This document shows, piece by piece, positions 24,974-38,562 of a DNA stretch of 64,000 nt (positions are counted from its first letter, which is position 1; each line of letters begins with the position of its first letter). This DNA comes from Octopus sinensis. Taxonomy: Eukaryota. Both the position numbers and the translations under genes were made by a program. The notes beneath the pieces are model-generated. The model was not told the origin of the DNA. It saw only the letters and a list, made by a program, of their open reading frames with translations, and ran no database searches. The stretch is from positions 3,162,001-3,226,000 of the forward strand of contig NC_043003.1 of the NCBI RefSeq assembly GCF_006345805.1, written 5' to 3'.

Positions 24974-25524
24974 TTAAAGGCAATGTTGACCTGAAAATGT
25001 AGATGAAATGCCATTGAACATTTTGTCTGGTGTTTGGAGCAGGGGGGGGGGGGCTGATCAGGTACATTAACCCAGTACTTGAGGAGTACTTATTTCATTG
25101 ACCCCCCCAAAAGGACAGAAAGCAAAGCTGACCTCAGCAGGATTTGAAACTAGAACGTAAGGAACTTGAAGAAATGCTGCTTAGCATTTTATCCAACACA
25201 CTAATGATTCTGCCAGCTTGGTGCCTTAATAAGTGTTTCCAATTTCAGCACAAGGCCAGCAATCCTGAGGGGAAGGGGAATTTGATTGCATCGACTCCAG
25301 CACTTAACTAGAATTTAGAATTAGAACTCCGAAGGCAAAGAGTTGGGACAAATGCCACTAAGTGTCTTGTCTGTCTTGCTAATGATTTTGCTAGCTTTCC
25401 ACCTTGATGATGATAATAATAATAATTATTATTATAAGAAGAAGATGAAGAAGAATGATTGAATGGAAAGAGTCAGAAAATATAAATAAATACTGAAGGC
25501 ATCAAGGAGTAGAATGAAAATGTG

Positions 25525-26479
25525 TCACCGAAAAATTGGCTGAAATTTAAGGTATTGTCTGAGAACAGAAGGTAAAGGTAGAATATCAACGTCACAAGTT
25601 CTGGAAAGATGTTGGAGAATGACTATTCGACATTGACTTTGTAAGTTCAGGATCCGTGGCATCTGATAAACAAGGATACTAACTTCATCGGAACTCTGTT
25701 TGTGATCAAGGACCCTCATGTAGCTGCCACAGCGGGAAAATGCGAGTTGGTAATTAACACGACATATTCTTATTAAACCAGGAAGACACGATGTTAAATA
25801 CTTAAGTAACGTTATTGTATCGGCGTTAAACAAATATATATCAGAGAAAGCTGTGACCCCAAAACGGTTGTCAGTAAGTTTTTGAACAATAAGTAGAGTT
25901 CCGTCTTTGCTGTAGGAGAGATGAAAGCGGCTGCTGCCAAACAGAACAGGTAGACACAAGTTGCTGCGTACAACAATTCCCATTTCGGATAAAGAATAAG
26001 TGACAAGTTCGTTACAGACGCCGGTTGCTCGACACTCGTAGTTGGCTACAGCAATACGAGACCACCTGAAACGAGGGTCAAAGGCAACGTATGGTTGAAC
26101 AGCGTGATTCAGGGTAATGATGTTGAGGACTTGAAAAGTCTCGTGAGAATATATATACAAATCATAGCTTGATGTTTTACTAACTTCAGAAAAGGAGAAG
26201 AAAAGAATAGCCGTACGAGAGCAGTCGGGTGTGATGTCACCATTAACAATAGTCATATTTTCCTTTGGAGATAACATGATGCCAAGGGTCTTCTTTTGTT
26301 GTATGTCTACAATAGGAAATGCAAATTGGTTTACAATTCCTTGTTGTCTGTGGAGTATGAGAAGGATGAGATGGTCCCGGCAGGAAAGGGCAACGCTACT
26401 GATTTCGTAGTCATCATTCACAAAAGCTGCAAGTTCACTTTTATTACTGCAGGAAATTAAAATTTTCAATGATTTGTAC
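25525..26479 (-). CDS. Terminal coding exon of a SOCS-box protein (probable beta-propeller; candidate Elongin BC-Cullin5 substrate receptor)
   Basis: 955-nt open exon after acceptor tttatctatttaacAG (phase 2). The C-terminus RILNLQSQCRIVILQHL...DILPLPSVLRQYLKF fits the SOCS-box consensus. Stop TGA at 25525. Confidence 0.88.
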
Positions 26480-27462
26480 CTGTTAAATAGATAAAGGAAA
26501 AACAATCAAATTCATCAAGAATTTTGTATTTCTTTGTTAAACAATCAAACAACACAATAATATGTACTTCTTGATTCCATAAATCTTACCATTTTGGTAC
26601 ATTTATTTCATTCATGTAACAATCTGCTACTTTTCCACTGTTTTAAATAATCGAATGGCCAAAGAGATGAAATTTTAATTTGTTAATTTTGTGCATTAAA
26701 CACTATTGTCAATGTGATTAGACAAATTAGAGATCTTCTAAAGTTATGAGGCATCATTGTAATTAGGTCTGCTAAGGTCATTATGTACAGGTGTAAAACT
26801 CCTTTTAAGATTCCAAACCAAATGGAGGCCAGTATGAAAAATATTCTTTTCTACTATAGGCACAAGTCCTGAAATTTGGCGGGAAGGGGCAAGCTGATTA
26901 CATCAACCCCAGTACTCAAACTGGTACTTAATCTATCGACCCTGAAAGGATGAAAGGTAAAGTCAACCTTGGCAGAATTTGAACTCAGAAATTAGTGGCG
27001 GGCGAAATGCTTAGCAGTATTTTGTCTGAGTGTGCTAACGACTCCTTAGGATGAAAAATATTATTCTATATAGGAACTGAATTTGCTTCCTTGCATGGGA
27101 GATCATTCTATAAGAAGATTCAGGAATCCTAATAGACAATACAAAGTAAACTTGTACATCATCATCATATATATATAACTATATATATGTATGTGTGTGT
27201 GTGTGTAAATTACTCATCAGAAAAGGTGGCCAAAAGCGTTCGTGTATTACATAGAATAATGCCCAAGAAGTGAAGAGTGAATGAGTTATATTGAATAAGA
27301 AAGAGAAATAAGCAAGTCTGAGAATATAGAATGGTGCTATGCACACACACACACACACATATGAACGCACACACACACACATGCACACACACGTACAAGG
27401 TAAAAAAAGAAAACCAAAAATGTGTGAAAAATTCAATGAAAAGTATTGAGAAATGTAATTAC

Positions 27463-27583
27463 CTAATCTCTAGATTTTTGGTTCCTTTCTGAAAGAGAAT
27501 ACGTACATAACGTGAACAAACTGATCCATCACAGTCGACATCTCTGCAGCAGTAGCGACGAGAGTTTTGGAAACCATAAGAAC
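27463..27583 (-). CDS. Internal coding exon of the SOCS-box gene (G|SYGFQNSRRYCCRDVDCDGSVCSRYVRILFQKGTKNLEI|R)
   Basis: Strong acceptor cttcttctttctctcctcatccAG and donor AG|GTAATT. 121 nt, phase 1 to 2, joins 26479 in frame. Confidence 0.82.
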
Positions 27584-27829
27584 CTGGATGAGGAGAGAAA
27601 GAAGAAGGCAATTAATGGGAGTGTGAAGATATTATATCATCATCATCATCATCATCATCGTTTAGCGTCCGTTTTCCATGCTAGCATGGGTTGGAGGCTT
27701 ACCTGGCTGAAACTTTGAAGTCACTGTCAACAGCATACTTGTTTAAGAATAATAAATTTGTACTCAACAAAAGTACAGAGTAACACTTCAGATTAACGTA
27801 AGATTGTTTTTATTGTAACTGAACATAAA

Positions 27830-27860
<31 letters not shown>

Positions 27861-28655
27861 AACATAACAGTTTAGAAAAACACCATTGCACAAAATATTT
27901 TAACAATTTTTTATATTATTCCCAATATTTCATCATCATCATCATTTAACATCTGCTTTCTATGCTGGCATGGGTTGGACGGTTTGACTGGGCTGGCAGG
28001 CTGGAAAGGCTGCGCCAGGATCCAGTCTGATTTGGCGTGGTTTTCTACGGCTGGATGCCCTTCCAAACGCCAACCACTCAAAGAGTGTAATGGGTGCTTT
28101 TACGTGCCACTGGCACGGGTGTCATTTGCGTGACACCAAAGTGCGTTTACGTGTCACTGGCACGGGTGCCAATTTGCGTGACACGGGTATCTGCCACGAC
28201 TGCGATGTTGTTCGGCTTGATGGGTCTTGGGGCTTCTTGGTCACTGCCTCCGTGAGGCCCAACACTCAAAATATATACATCAAAAGGATTTTTAAGTATT
28301 AAATGGCTATGAGAAACCATCCAAGTAAAATGGGAACCGAAGGGGGTCTATAGCTAAAAAATGGTCGAGACATACTGATTCTAAGGGTACACCTGGCAAA
28401 GGGTCCATATTGTTCCACATGCAGGAGAACACTGTGGAATATACCCGTGTTTACTGGATATCTTGGGGAAGCCTGTACAATGTCTGTCCTTATTTCGTTA
28501 GGGTGCTGGGGTAAATGATTTGAAGGTATTAGGTAGAGCGACGAGTGTCTAAATACATTAAGGTGTAGCTGTGGTGTAAGATGGAGAATTACCCACGAAC
28601 GGCCATAGAGGACAGCTTTTAGGCAAATGAATTTTTTTTTTATTATTTATCAATA

Positions 28656-28826
28656 GGCGCAGGAGTGGCTGTGTGGTAAGTAGCTTGCCTACCAACCACA
28701 TGGTTCTGGGTTCAATCCCACTGCATGGCATCTTGGGCAAGTGTCTTCTGCTATAGCCCCGGGCCGACCAATGCCTTGTGAGTGGATTTGGTAGACGGAA
28801 ACTGAAAGAAGCCTGTGGTATATATG

Positions 28827-28861
<35 letters not shown>

Positions 28862-29070
28862 TTGTGTGTCTGTGTTTGTCCCCCTAGCATTGCTTGACAA
28901 CCGATGCTGGTGTGTTTATGTCATCGTTACTTAGCAGTTCGGCAAAAGAGACCGATAGAATAAGTACTGGGCTTACAAAGAATAAGTCCCGGGGTCGATT
29001 TGCTCGACTAAAGGCGGTGCTCCAGCATGGCCGCAGTCAAATGACTGAAACAAGTAAAGAGAGTAAAGAG
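28656..29070 (+). mobile_element. tRNA-derived SINE, family 2 (ggcgcaggagtggctgtgtggtaag...) with an internal microsatellite
   Basis: Full-length copy. Others at about 30040-30410(-), 36760-37130(-), 37250-37630(+), 41120-41500(-), 45141-45540(+), 45810-46200(-), 52380-52660(+) and 62030-62330(-). Confidence 0.85.
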
Positions 29071-29452
29071 TAATGTTTTATTATATTGTATCTGGGGAGA
29101 GTCATTTTCTTTTTGTGCCTTATTATGTAACACACTCACCGGTAAAAATTTCCACGTTTTTCTTATTTTTATTGTCCCCAGACACAACAAAATATGCTTC
29201 AACACACGAACCTATATAAAGAATCTGGCAAACCAAATCCCAAAACGAAATATTTTATTAGTTTATGACAGAAGGTTACTTCCCTTGCCTCGTAAAGCCG
29301 CCACGACTAACTACCCCCTCCTTTGTGTGTGTGTGTGTGTGTGAGAGAGAGATTCTGGGTTATTTCAGCAGCTTAACTTCTGAGGTTGTATCAAGATTTA
29401 TATAACGAATACAAAATATACAAATAACCATGAAACGTGTTTTTATTGTTAA

Positions 29453-29838
29453 CTAGCAGTATCGCCCGGCGTTGCTCGGGTTTGTAAGGGAAATAACTAT
29501 ATAAGCATTTTTAGAGAGTTATAGCCAAAAAGTAGCCAAAAAATGCATTAAAAATGGAAAAAAAATTATGGTAAATTTTTTTTTTAAATCGTTGACTCAT
29601 CGTAGATATTTTTAGAGAGTTACTTCCCTTATATAATAGCGAAAAAATGCATTAAAATGGAAAAAAATGGTAAATTTTTTTTAAAATCGTAGACTCATCG
29701 TAGACGCGCGCTAATACCCAGAAGGGCTCGGTGTGAATCACGACTATAAGATACCCGGTTTTGGTTACACTGCACTGCAAAATGTGGGAGTAGTTAGGAA
29801 TCTAAATCGTAGAACAACCTTACTTTTATATATAAAGA
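29453..29838 (-). mobile_element. Non-autonomous Helitron (same family as 6197)
   Basis: TC...CTAG termini on the minus strand. Confidence 0.8.
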
Positions 29839-32637
29839 TATATTCAATGATTTGCATTTTTAGTCTTAAGCGTGGCTGTGTGGTAAGAAGCTTGCTTTCC
29901 AGACACATGGCTCCGGGTTCAGTCCCACAGTGTGACACCTTGAGCAAGTGTCTTCAACTATAGCCTCGGGCTGACTAATTGTGGGGATTTAGTAGACGGA
30001 AACTGAAAGAAGCCCATCGTGTGTGTGTGTGTGTATATAATTCTTTTACTTGTTTCTGTCATTTGACCGCGGCCATGCAGGAGCACCGCCTTTAGTCGAG
30101 CAAATCGACCCCAGGACTTATTCTTTGTAAGCCTAGTACTTATTCTTTCGGTTTCTTTTGCCGAACCGCTAAGTTACGGGAATGTAAACACACCAGCATT
30201 GGTTGTCAAGCAATGATGAGGGGAGAAACACAGACACATACAGGACGGGCTTCTTTCAGTTTCCGTCTGCCAAATGCACTCACAAGACTTTAGTCGGCCC
30301 AAGGCTATAAGAGAAGACACTTGCCCAAGATACTATGCAGTGGTATTGAACCTGGAACCATGTGGTTGGTAAGCAAGCTTCTTACCACACAACCACTCCT
30401 GCACCTACATATATATATATATATATTTCAAAAATGTAACTACACATGGACTGTTAACATATATATACATATATACATATACATACATATATATACATAT
30501 AAATACACGTATACATACATATATATACACACACATACATACATATACAGACGTATATATGTGTGTGTGTGTGTATATATATATATATACATACACATAT
30601 ATACATATACAAATATATATACATATATATACATATATACACATACATACATATACATACATATACATACATATACATAAATATATACATATATACACAC
30701 ACACTCACTATGTGAAAGACTTCTTTCAGTTTCTGCCTACCAAATCCACTCACAAGGCTTTGGTCAACTTGAGGCTACAGGTCATGACGCTTGTCAAAGG
30801 TGCCATGCAGTGGGACTGAACCAAGAACCACGTGGTTTGGAAGCAAGCTTCTTACCACACAGCCGTGACTGCACCTATATATATATATATCATCATCATC
30901 ATCACCATCTTCATTTATTGTCCGCTTTCCTTGCAGGCATGGGTTGGACAGTTTGATTGGAACTGGTAAGCTGGGGAGGTTCCAATCTGACTCGGCATGG
31001 TTTCTACTCTTGGGTGCCCTTCCTAATGCCAACCACTCCAAGAGTGCAACGAATGCTTTTTATGTGCCACCAGTATGGGTGCCATTTACATGACACTGGC
31101 AACGGTCACGACCACGGTTTCTCAAGAACAGCATATCTCCAAAGGTCTCAGTCACTAGTCCTCACCTCCGTGAGGCCCAACATTCAAAGATCGTGCTTCA
31201 CCACCGTTTCCTGAGTCTGTAGGTATTAATTGATAAATGAATGACAAGAGCTGTTTCAGCTGTAAGGAATTGTGCAGCCAGAATTAAGTGCTTCTATGAC
31301 AGCTTATATAGCCTCATCAGTCTAACCCATGCTGTCATGGAAAAATGGACGTAAAACTGAAAGAATGGATGAGGTCTGAAGGGGAATGTGGAAATATAAT
31401 TTTTATAACACTTACTTTATTTTTATATGATCTAGTCTGAAGCGGAAGGTCAAAGACACAGTCTTTGACCGTTTGCAAGGCTTCTGAGATTGATGATGGT
31501 TACAGAGAAGTCGTTCATGGACTAGAAACCTGACCCCAATGTTTGCAATGAAGGATTACTCTGAGCCTTGGGTCAGGGTGCCACCCCACCTCACTACCAC
31601 ACCTTTCTTCCCAGCTGATGGGGCCTTTTGCCTTGCAAGTTACTTGGTGACCCTACTGGTGCTGGTGCCACATAAAAAGCTCCCATTTTATGCTCTGTAA
31701 AGTGGTCGGCATTTGGGAAAAAACCATGGAACATAACAAAACAGACCATGAAGCCTGGTGCAGCAACTGGCCTTAGCAGCTCCAGTCAAACTGTCCGACC
31801 CATGCCGGCATGGAAAGCAGATGTTAATCGATGAAGATGATAAGTTAATTCAAGAATGCAGTTACTTACTTGCTACTGAGTCCCAGGAATGGTTATCTCC
31901 AGAAAACAGAAGTTGCCATGGTTTCTGATAGGGAGGTAATATAACTTCGTAACTCGCAGACGGTGGGGAGATTTTCTTAATCAAATTGCCCATAGGTTTA
32001 GTTTCAAACGAGCCTCTGAAAGGAAAAGACGGAAAAGGTAAAATCAGGTAAATTCAAAATAGTTTAGAAATGGCTGTTGTTGTTGTTATTGCTGTTTAGC
32101 CCACACCACCTCATGTCAGCCCTGATCAAGCAGAGCTATAATCAAAGATGTTCCAACCTTGCCCATCTGGTCTATTTTCAGATATGATGTATGAAAATCA
32201 GGTGATGGTTTCCCATCTTTTAAGCTGGTAGGATTTGACATTCAGGGAAATCTTGTTTGCCGTTTCTAGAAGGTTGAATGCCTACATTAAGCAGGGATTT
32301 TAAAGCATTTTATAATTTAAAACCTGCAAAAGATTGTCAACCATGTCCCCATACTCTGATCACCTGGCTGTTGAAATCATCATTACTAGAGAATGGTAAA
32401 GTGGCTTCCAAGGACGTGAAGAGTTTGGTTTTACTTTACATAAGAATGAGCAACAACAGAACAAGGATGGATATAAGAAGGCTGTTTTTGGTTTGGCAAG
32501 ATTTTGTCATATATCTTTATTTTTTACTGAAGCTTTAGTAGAAGATATTTGCCCAAGGTCCATGCAGTGGAACTGAACCCAGAACCATGTGGTTGGGATG
32601 CAAACTTCTTACCACGCAGCCACTAATAGAATTTATA

Positions 32638-33412
32638 CAGGGTGGCCCCAAAAGTAGGTTTACAGTTATTTGAACTCATATATTAACAGCTTTGATCTTA
32701 ATTATAAAAATCTACGATGCCAGTGCCACCTGAGTGGTTCCGTGCCAGTGGCACGTAAAAAGCACCATTGAGTGTAGTTGTTGCCAGTGTCGCCTGCCTA
32801 GCTCCTGTGCTGGTGTCATGTAAAAAGCACCATTCAAGCATGGTCAATGCCAGTACTGCCTGACTGACCCTCGTGCTGGTGGCACGTAAAAAGCACCCAC
32901 TACACTCACGGAGTGGTTGGCGTGAGGAAGGGCATCCAGCTGTAGAAACTTTACTAGATCAGATTGGAGCCTGGTGCAGCCTTCTGGTTTGCCAGCCCAC
33001 AGTCAAACTGTCCAACCCATGCCAGCATGAAAAGCAAATGCTAAACGATGATGATGATGATTATCATCATCATCGCTTAATGTCCGTTTTCCATGCTAGC
33101 ATGGGTTGGACGGTTTGACCAAGGTCTGGGAAGCCAGAAGGCTGCACCAGACTCCAATCTGATCTAGTAAAGTTTCTACAACTGGATGCCCTTCCTCACG
33201 CCAACCACTCCGTGAGTGTAGTGGGTGCTTTTTACGTGCCAGGCAAGGCTGGCAACGGCCACGATCGAAAACCATTATCCTATGCTAATTCAGTTAATTT
33301 TGTCAAGCTTCCTTTTCAGTTTGTAAGAGAGAAATTTAAATGTAATAAAATGTTTTAAAAGAAATTTAAAGTGCCTACGGGATAACTGTAAACCCACTTT
33401 GGGGTCACCCTG
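32638..33412. mobile_element. Tc1/mariner-type MITE containing two RTE 3'-tail insertions
   Basis: About 30-bp TIRs CAGGGTG(G/A)CCCCAAA..GT.GGTTTACAGTTAT with TA on both sides. Confidence 0.75.
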
Positions 33413-33924
33413 TAGAGTAACTCTTAGCTCCAGCCTTTGGTTCCCATTTCCACAGAGGCATATGGATGCCCTCAGTTTAAAACCCCAGGTACAGATCACT
33501 TTGTAAGGGGCCTGCTTAGAGAAAAGTTACCATTGCCGAGTTGATTCAGTGAGCTCTGTTTAAATAATCCTTCAATCACCATTCTGACTTAAGATGGCTA
33601 CAACCTTCTTGTAACAATGTCTGTTGTCCTAAGATTAAAGACTCAAAAAATGTACTTGGTTGATTGACCGATCAATTTATCGAGTAATCGATTAATTAAA
33701 TGGTTTAATAGATTGACTAATAATAAAAGAAGTGAAAGAGAACCAGTGTGTGTGTTTATCCTTGGCATAATGACTCTCCCAAGACACAACAGGGTCTGTT
33801 TCAACACACGAATTCACATGAAGAATCTTGCAAACCAAATACAAAAACAAAATAATTAGAAAATTTGGTTTTCTCTTTAGATAATCCCTGGCTAATACAG
33901 TTCTATATTTAAGAGATTAGGAAT

Positions 33925-34420
33925 TATGTACATTATTTACATTTTATGGATATTTGTCCTCATCTTATTTGTTGTTAACACAACATTTCAGCTGATATAT
34001 CCTCCAGCCTTCTCAGGTGTCTTGGGGAAATTTCGAACCTGGGTTTTCATTCCTAAGGTATTTGTCAATGTTATGGAAACCGGTATTAAGAAGGATAGGA
34101 AAATATTACATTTATAAGCCCTAAAAATTCACTTCATAATTGCCCATGGGCATATGGCATAGTGGTTAACCCCAAGATTCCAAGTTCAATTCCAGGCAGT
34201 GATGATGATATGAAACCATTATTCTATGCTAATTTAGTTAATTTTGTCAAGCTCCCCAACCCTAACAACAACATCGAAAAATACTTTATGAATGAGAACC
34301 CAGGTTCAAAATTTCCCCAAGACACCTGATGAAGGCTGGAGGGTAAATCAGCCGAAACGTTGTGTTGGCAACAAACAAGATAAGGACAAATATCCGTCAA
34401 ATGTAAATAATGTACTTAAT
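33925..34420. mobile_element. Second inverted dimer of the hammerhead-bearing tRNA-headed element
   Basis: Arms at about 33925-34070 (minus) and 34265-34420 (plus) match the 13 kb arms. One partial tRNA head at about 34150-34202. Confidence 0.78.
34321..34366 (+). ncRNA. Minimal type I hammerhead ribozyme (intact core)
   Basis: GACAC-CUGAUGA-A-GGCUG(GAGGGUAAAU)CAGCC-GAA-ACGU-U-GUGUU. Confidence 0.75.
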
Positions 34421-35699
34421 CCCTGGCTATTCTCGTCATTTAAGCTAATTAATGGTCCAGGCATTAACATTAAAAGAATCTTAATGAAATGGGAGTTACT
34501 TTACTGAAATATGGTTCTTGAAACATTTCATGGAATGGCAAAGACACTGGAACATGATGCAGTCTTTGGGCCCATCAGATCCTGTTAAAGCATCTGACTC
34601 CCTACCAACATGGAACATGGACATAAAATGATGATGTAGTATCATTTTTGTGATATTTTTCAAGTTGTTTTGTGGGATTTTTTATATTCAGAAGCATTCA
34701 AAATATTTCTCCTTAATGTCTAAAAAACAAAAAAGAATGTTCTTGAACCATACGCAAAAAAGGCCATTTTCTGCAGGTTCAGTGGTGGATGTATTCTCCC
34801 ACTGGATGGAAAGCTGGTCCATCAGAGGATTATTCTGAGCAGACTGGAGCAAGAATTGAAACCACAATCATGCAATCGTGAGTGCAACACCCTAACCACT
34901 GAGCCATGTGCCTCCACATTTATTTGTATTCTTTTCTACTCTAGGCACAAGGCCCGAAATTTTTTGTGGCCAGTCGATTAGATTAACCCCAGTATGCAAC
35001 TGGTACTTAATTTATTGACCCCGAAATAATGAAAGGCAAAGTTGACCTTGGTGGAATTTGAACTCAGAACGTAAAGACAGACGAAATACTGCTGAGCATT
35101 TCCCCCATCGTGCTAACGATTCTTCCACACGCCTCCTTTATTAGTGTTACTCTTGTGTCTATACATTTTGTGATAGTGGAGTTGCCGATGGCTAAAAACT
35201 ACAATTCCTGTTTAGTTGTGCAATTTTGAAGTTTGCGAAGGTAATGTTTTCTTTGCTGATGGGTTTGTTATGATGATGATGGTGATGGCTTAATATCCTG
35301 TCATGTAAGTGATAGCCGGGTGCATGGAGCAGAAAGTGATGTATGGTAAATAGTTATTGTACTTAACTCGACCGCTTACGTAAGCTAGTGTCAATTGCTT
35401 TATATTACTGTTCCTTCACTTCTTGTGCTGTCCAGTGGCACAGGGAGGTCAGATGCCCTCGTGGAGAAACCCTTGTGTTTGCACCCTGCCTCCAAGCCAC
35501 CAAGTCCTCCCTTAGTCATAGGCTCATAAGGCTGGTTTCCTGGATTCTGTGACATACACTTGAGGGAAGCCATAAAGTCACGCACCCTCCTGCAATATGG
35601 GAAATTAACATTCTCTCTTACTTTTTTTAAAATCTCTTTTCACAGCTGCTGATATTACTCACAAACCAATCCTCATTGGATGGAGGCAGATAATCAACA

Positions 35700-36272
35700 A
35701 GGCGGCAGTGGGGAGGGCAAAGGAATGGGGTGGGATTTGGCACAATCATGTAATTGGACCGTTTTATTCTAAGGGCTCTGTGACAGGTGATTCGTATGTG
35801 GACCTGCTTAGCAACTAGATGATGCCTCTCGTGCATTCACTTGGAAAGGGAAATCCTGTCTGGTTTCAGCAGGATGGGGCTCCACCCCCCCATTATGCAT
35901 TACAGGTTCGTGGTTTTCTAAATGAACATTTTCCAGGGAGATGGCTCGGGTGTCACGGGCCAATTGAATGGGCCCCACACTCACCAGATTTAACTGCCAT
36001 GGACTTTTTCTTCTGGGGCTTCATTAAATCCCTTGTGTATCCTGAAAAGATTTGTGACCAAGGACATCTTCAAAGAATTGTCGAAGCGTGTGAACAAGTC
36101 AAAGGAAATGAAGAGTAATTTGAGAGGGTTCATCGCAATTTCAAATTCCGTATGAACACTTGTTTAGAGCTCCATGGCCAACACTTTGAACATTTGTAAT
36201 GGATTGCCTACTTCTTTGCTAATAAAGCATACTTGATATCTCCCATGGTGCGTGGCTTTGTGGCCACCCTGT
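35700..36272 (+). mobile_element. Tc1/mariner-superfamily transposase remnant (maT/rosa-like)
   Basis: WFQQDGAP.HY, EW.P.SPDL..MDFF.WG..K and GQHFEHL motifs. Right TIR ...GCCACCCTG. Confidence 0.85.
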
Positions 36273-38507
36273 CTGCTGTAAGGTTCCTCACTTTTGCAAG
36301 CTGAAAGGACTGGATCAACATGAGATGAAGTGTCTCGCTCAAGAACACAATGCTATGCCCAGTCCAGGTCTTGAAACCACAATCTTAAAATCATCATCGT
36401 CGTCGTTGTTTAACGTCTGCTTTCCATGCTGGCATGGATTGGACGGTTTGAGTGAGGGCTGGCGAGCCAGGAGGCTGCACCAAGCTCCAATCTGATCTGG
36501 CAGAGCTTCTACAGCTGGATGCCCCTCCTAATGCCAACCACTCTGAGAGTGAGCACAATATCCTGATGCAGCAGGCCCAAGCATGCTGCCTCCATAAAAG
36601 TGTGGCCCAGGGCAGACTGCCACCCACCCCCAAGCTATGCTATTGGCATCGTCTCATGATGCTGTGTGCACCAAAGACTCTTCTAATGATGGTGTTTGAG
36701 AATCTGTTGTGGTGGAGCAGTTGCAACAGTGTTGTTCTTGAGAATTGCGGTAACAATGTCTTTTAGTCATTTACTTGTTCCATTTATTAAATTGTGCCCA
36801 TGCTGGGGCATCACATTTGAAAAAGTTTTACTTGAATGAATTGACTCCCGGACTTATTTCTATTAGTGTCTTTTTGTCAAACTGCTAAGTTATAGGGACA
36901 CAAACACACTGATACTGGTTGTATCATTTGGTGGTGGAGGACAAACAGACAGACACACATATATATATCTGTAATATATTTGATGGGCTTCTTTCAGTTT
37001 CAATTTCAATCTACCAAATCCACTCATAAGGCTTTGGTTGGACCAAGTCTATAATAGGTGCCACACAGTGGGACTGAACTCAGAGCCATGTGGTTGGGAA
37101 GCAAACTTCTTAGCACACAGCCAAGCCTGTGAAAGAGGTCTAAATTTGCATTGGAAAAAATTAATGAAAGCAATAATTTCGAAGTAACCATATTTAATTA
37201 TTACAAATCCTTTACAAAATTTAAGACAGCTTAACAACAAAAACTTCAGGATTGGCTGTGTGGTAAGTAACTTGCTTACCAACCACATGGTTCCAGGTTC
37301 AGTCCCATTGTGTGGCACCTTGGTCAAGCGTCTTCTACTGTAGCCCTCAGGCCAACCAAAGCCTTGTGAGTGGATTTGGTAGACAGAAACTGAAAGAAGC
37401 CTGTCATTATATGTGTGTGTGTGTGTTTGTGTCTGACTTTATCCTTCCATCATTGCTTGACAACCGATGTTGGTGTGTTTACATCCCCCATAACTTAGGG
37501 GTTTGGCAAAAGCGATCGACAGAATAAGTACCAGGCTTATAAAGAATAAGTCCTGGGGTTGATTTCTTTGACTAAAAGGCAGTGCTCCAGTATGGCTGCA
37601 GTCAAATGACTGAAACGAATAGAAGAATCAAAGAATACCTCCAAAAGTTATCCCAAATTAATTGGGAAAAGTAATTTTTTCCCCTCCGAGCAGAGTTATC
37701 TGTGGCTGGTTGGCCGATCCGGTTTGTTTGGGGGAAGAACAGGATTGGTATTAGTACAAGTTAGTAACCAAATACACCACGATTAAGAACGACTGTCAGT
37801 AACTAAGTGAACGGCACACAAATCTCGTTCCTTACTAGCTGACGAAACGAACCAAGAAAGAGGCCTCTGTGTGGTATCTTGGTATCCTAGAAATAGCAGC
37901 CCACCATCTTTTTTGTCTGTTTTTTGACAAAAGGATACAGGAATGCATGAACTTAAATATACTGTCCGGGTGGGGTGGGGGACAGAAAAAACCCCAAAAC
38001 AAAGGTAAAAAAAACCCCGGAATAATCTCAGCTGGAATGCTTTAATAGCATGTCAGGGCTTGGCTAGGGTCAAACAACGGAGTTTGGCAAGGAACAAGGA
38101 ATCTGTGGGTATGGAGGAGATGGCGTTGAAGTAGACAACACATGTGAGGTATTTGTCTGTGGGAGTTGCTGCTTAGAAGTTATTTGGGTTACAGAATGGC
38201 GGTTGAGATTCCGCAAAGCTGGAATAGTTGTTAGGCATTTCCATGATTATTGATATCTACGCACAAACAATGTAGTCTCTACGTAGTCGTTCGACCTGCT
38301 GGAAATAGCAGCCAAATAGCTTTCGATTTCACCCTGCCGTCTTAAAGGGGGAAAGAACACAATTAGGGTAATGTAATCGATTCTAAAGATGTTTCTAAAA
38401 AGATGAAATGGTCACGGCTTGATTGCCTTTGATCACAAGCCTGCTCATTCAGGTCTGAACACCACCAACAGGACTCTATATTTGTGAATGTTTGTATCTT
38501 TGTTTAC

Positions 38508-38562
38508 CAGTTCCTGGACAATGGAACTTTTGTGACATTCGAAAGTCTTCGAACAGAATCAT
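38508..38562 (-). CDS. Probable first coding segment of the SOCS-box gene (MILFEDFRMSQKFHCPGT|G); exon 38508-38660
   Basis: Acceptor tttttcgaccttAG and donor CTG|GTAAAC. Phase 1 matches exon 27583, giving a 376-aa product with the two downstream exons. Confidence 0.5.

Noticed and set aside
23100-25524. SECIS element in the presumed 3' UTR of the SOCS-box gene
   Set aside because: The AUGA...AA...GA candidates I inspected by eye lacked a pairable helix II.
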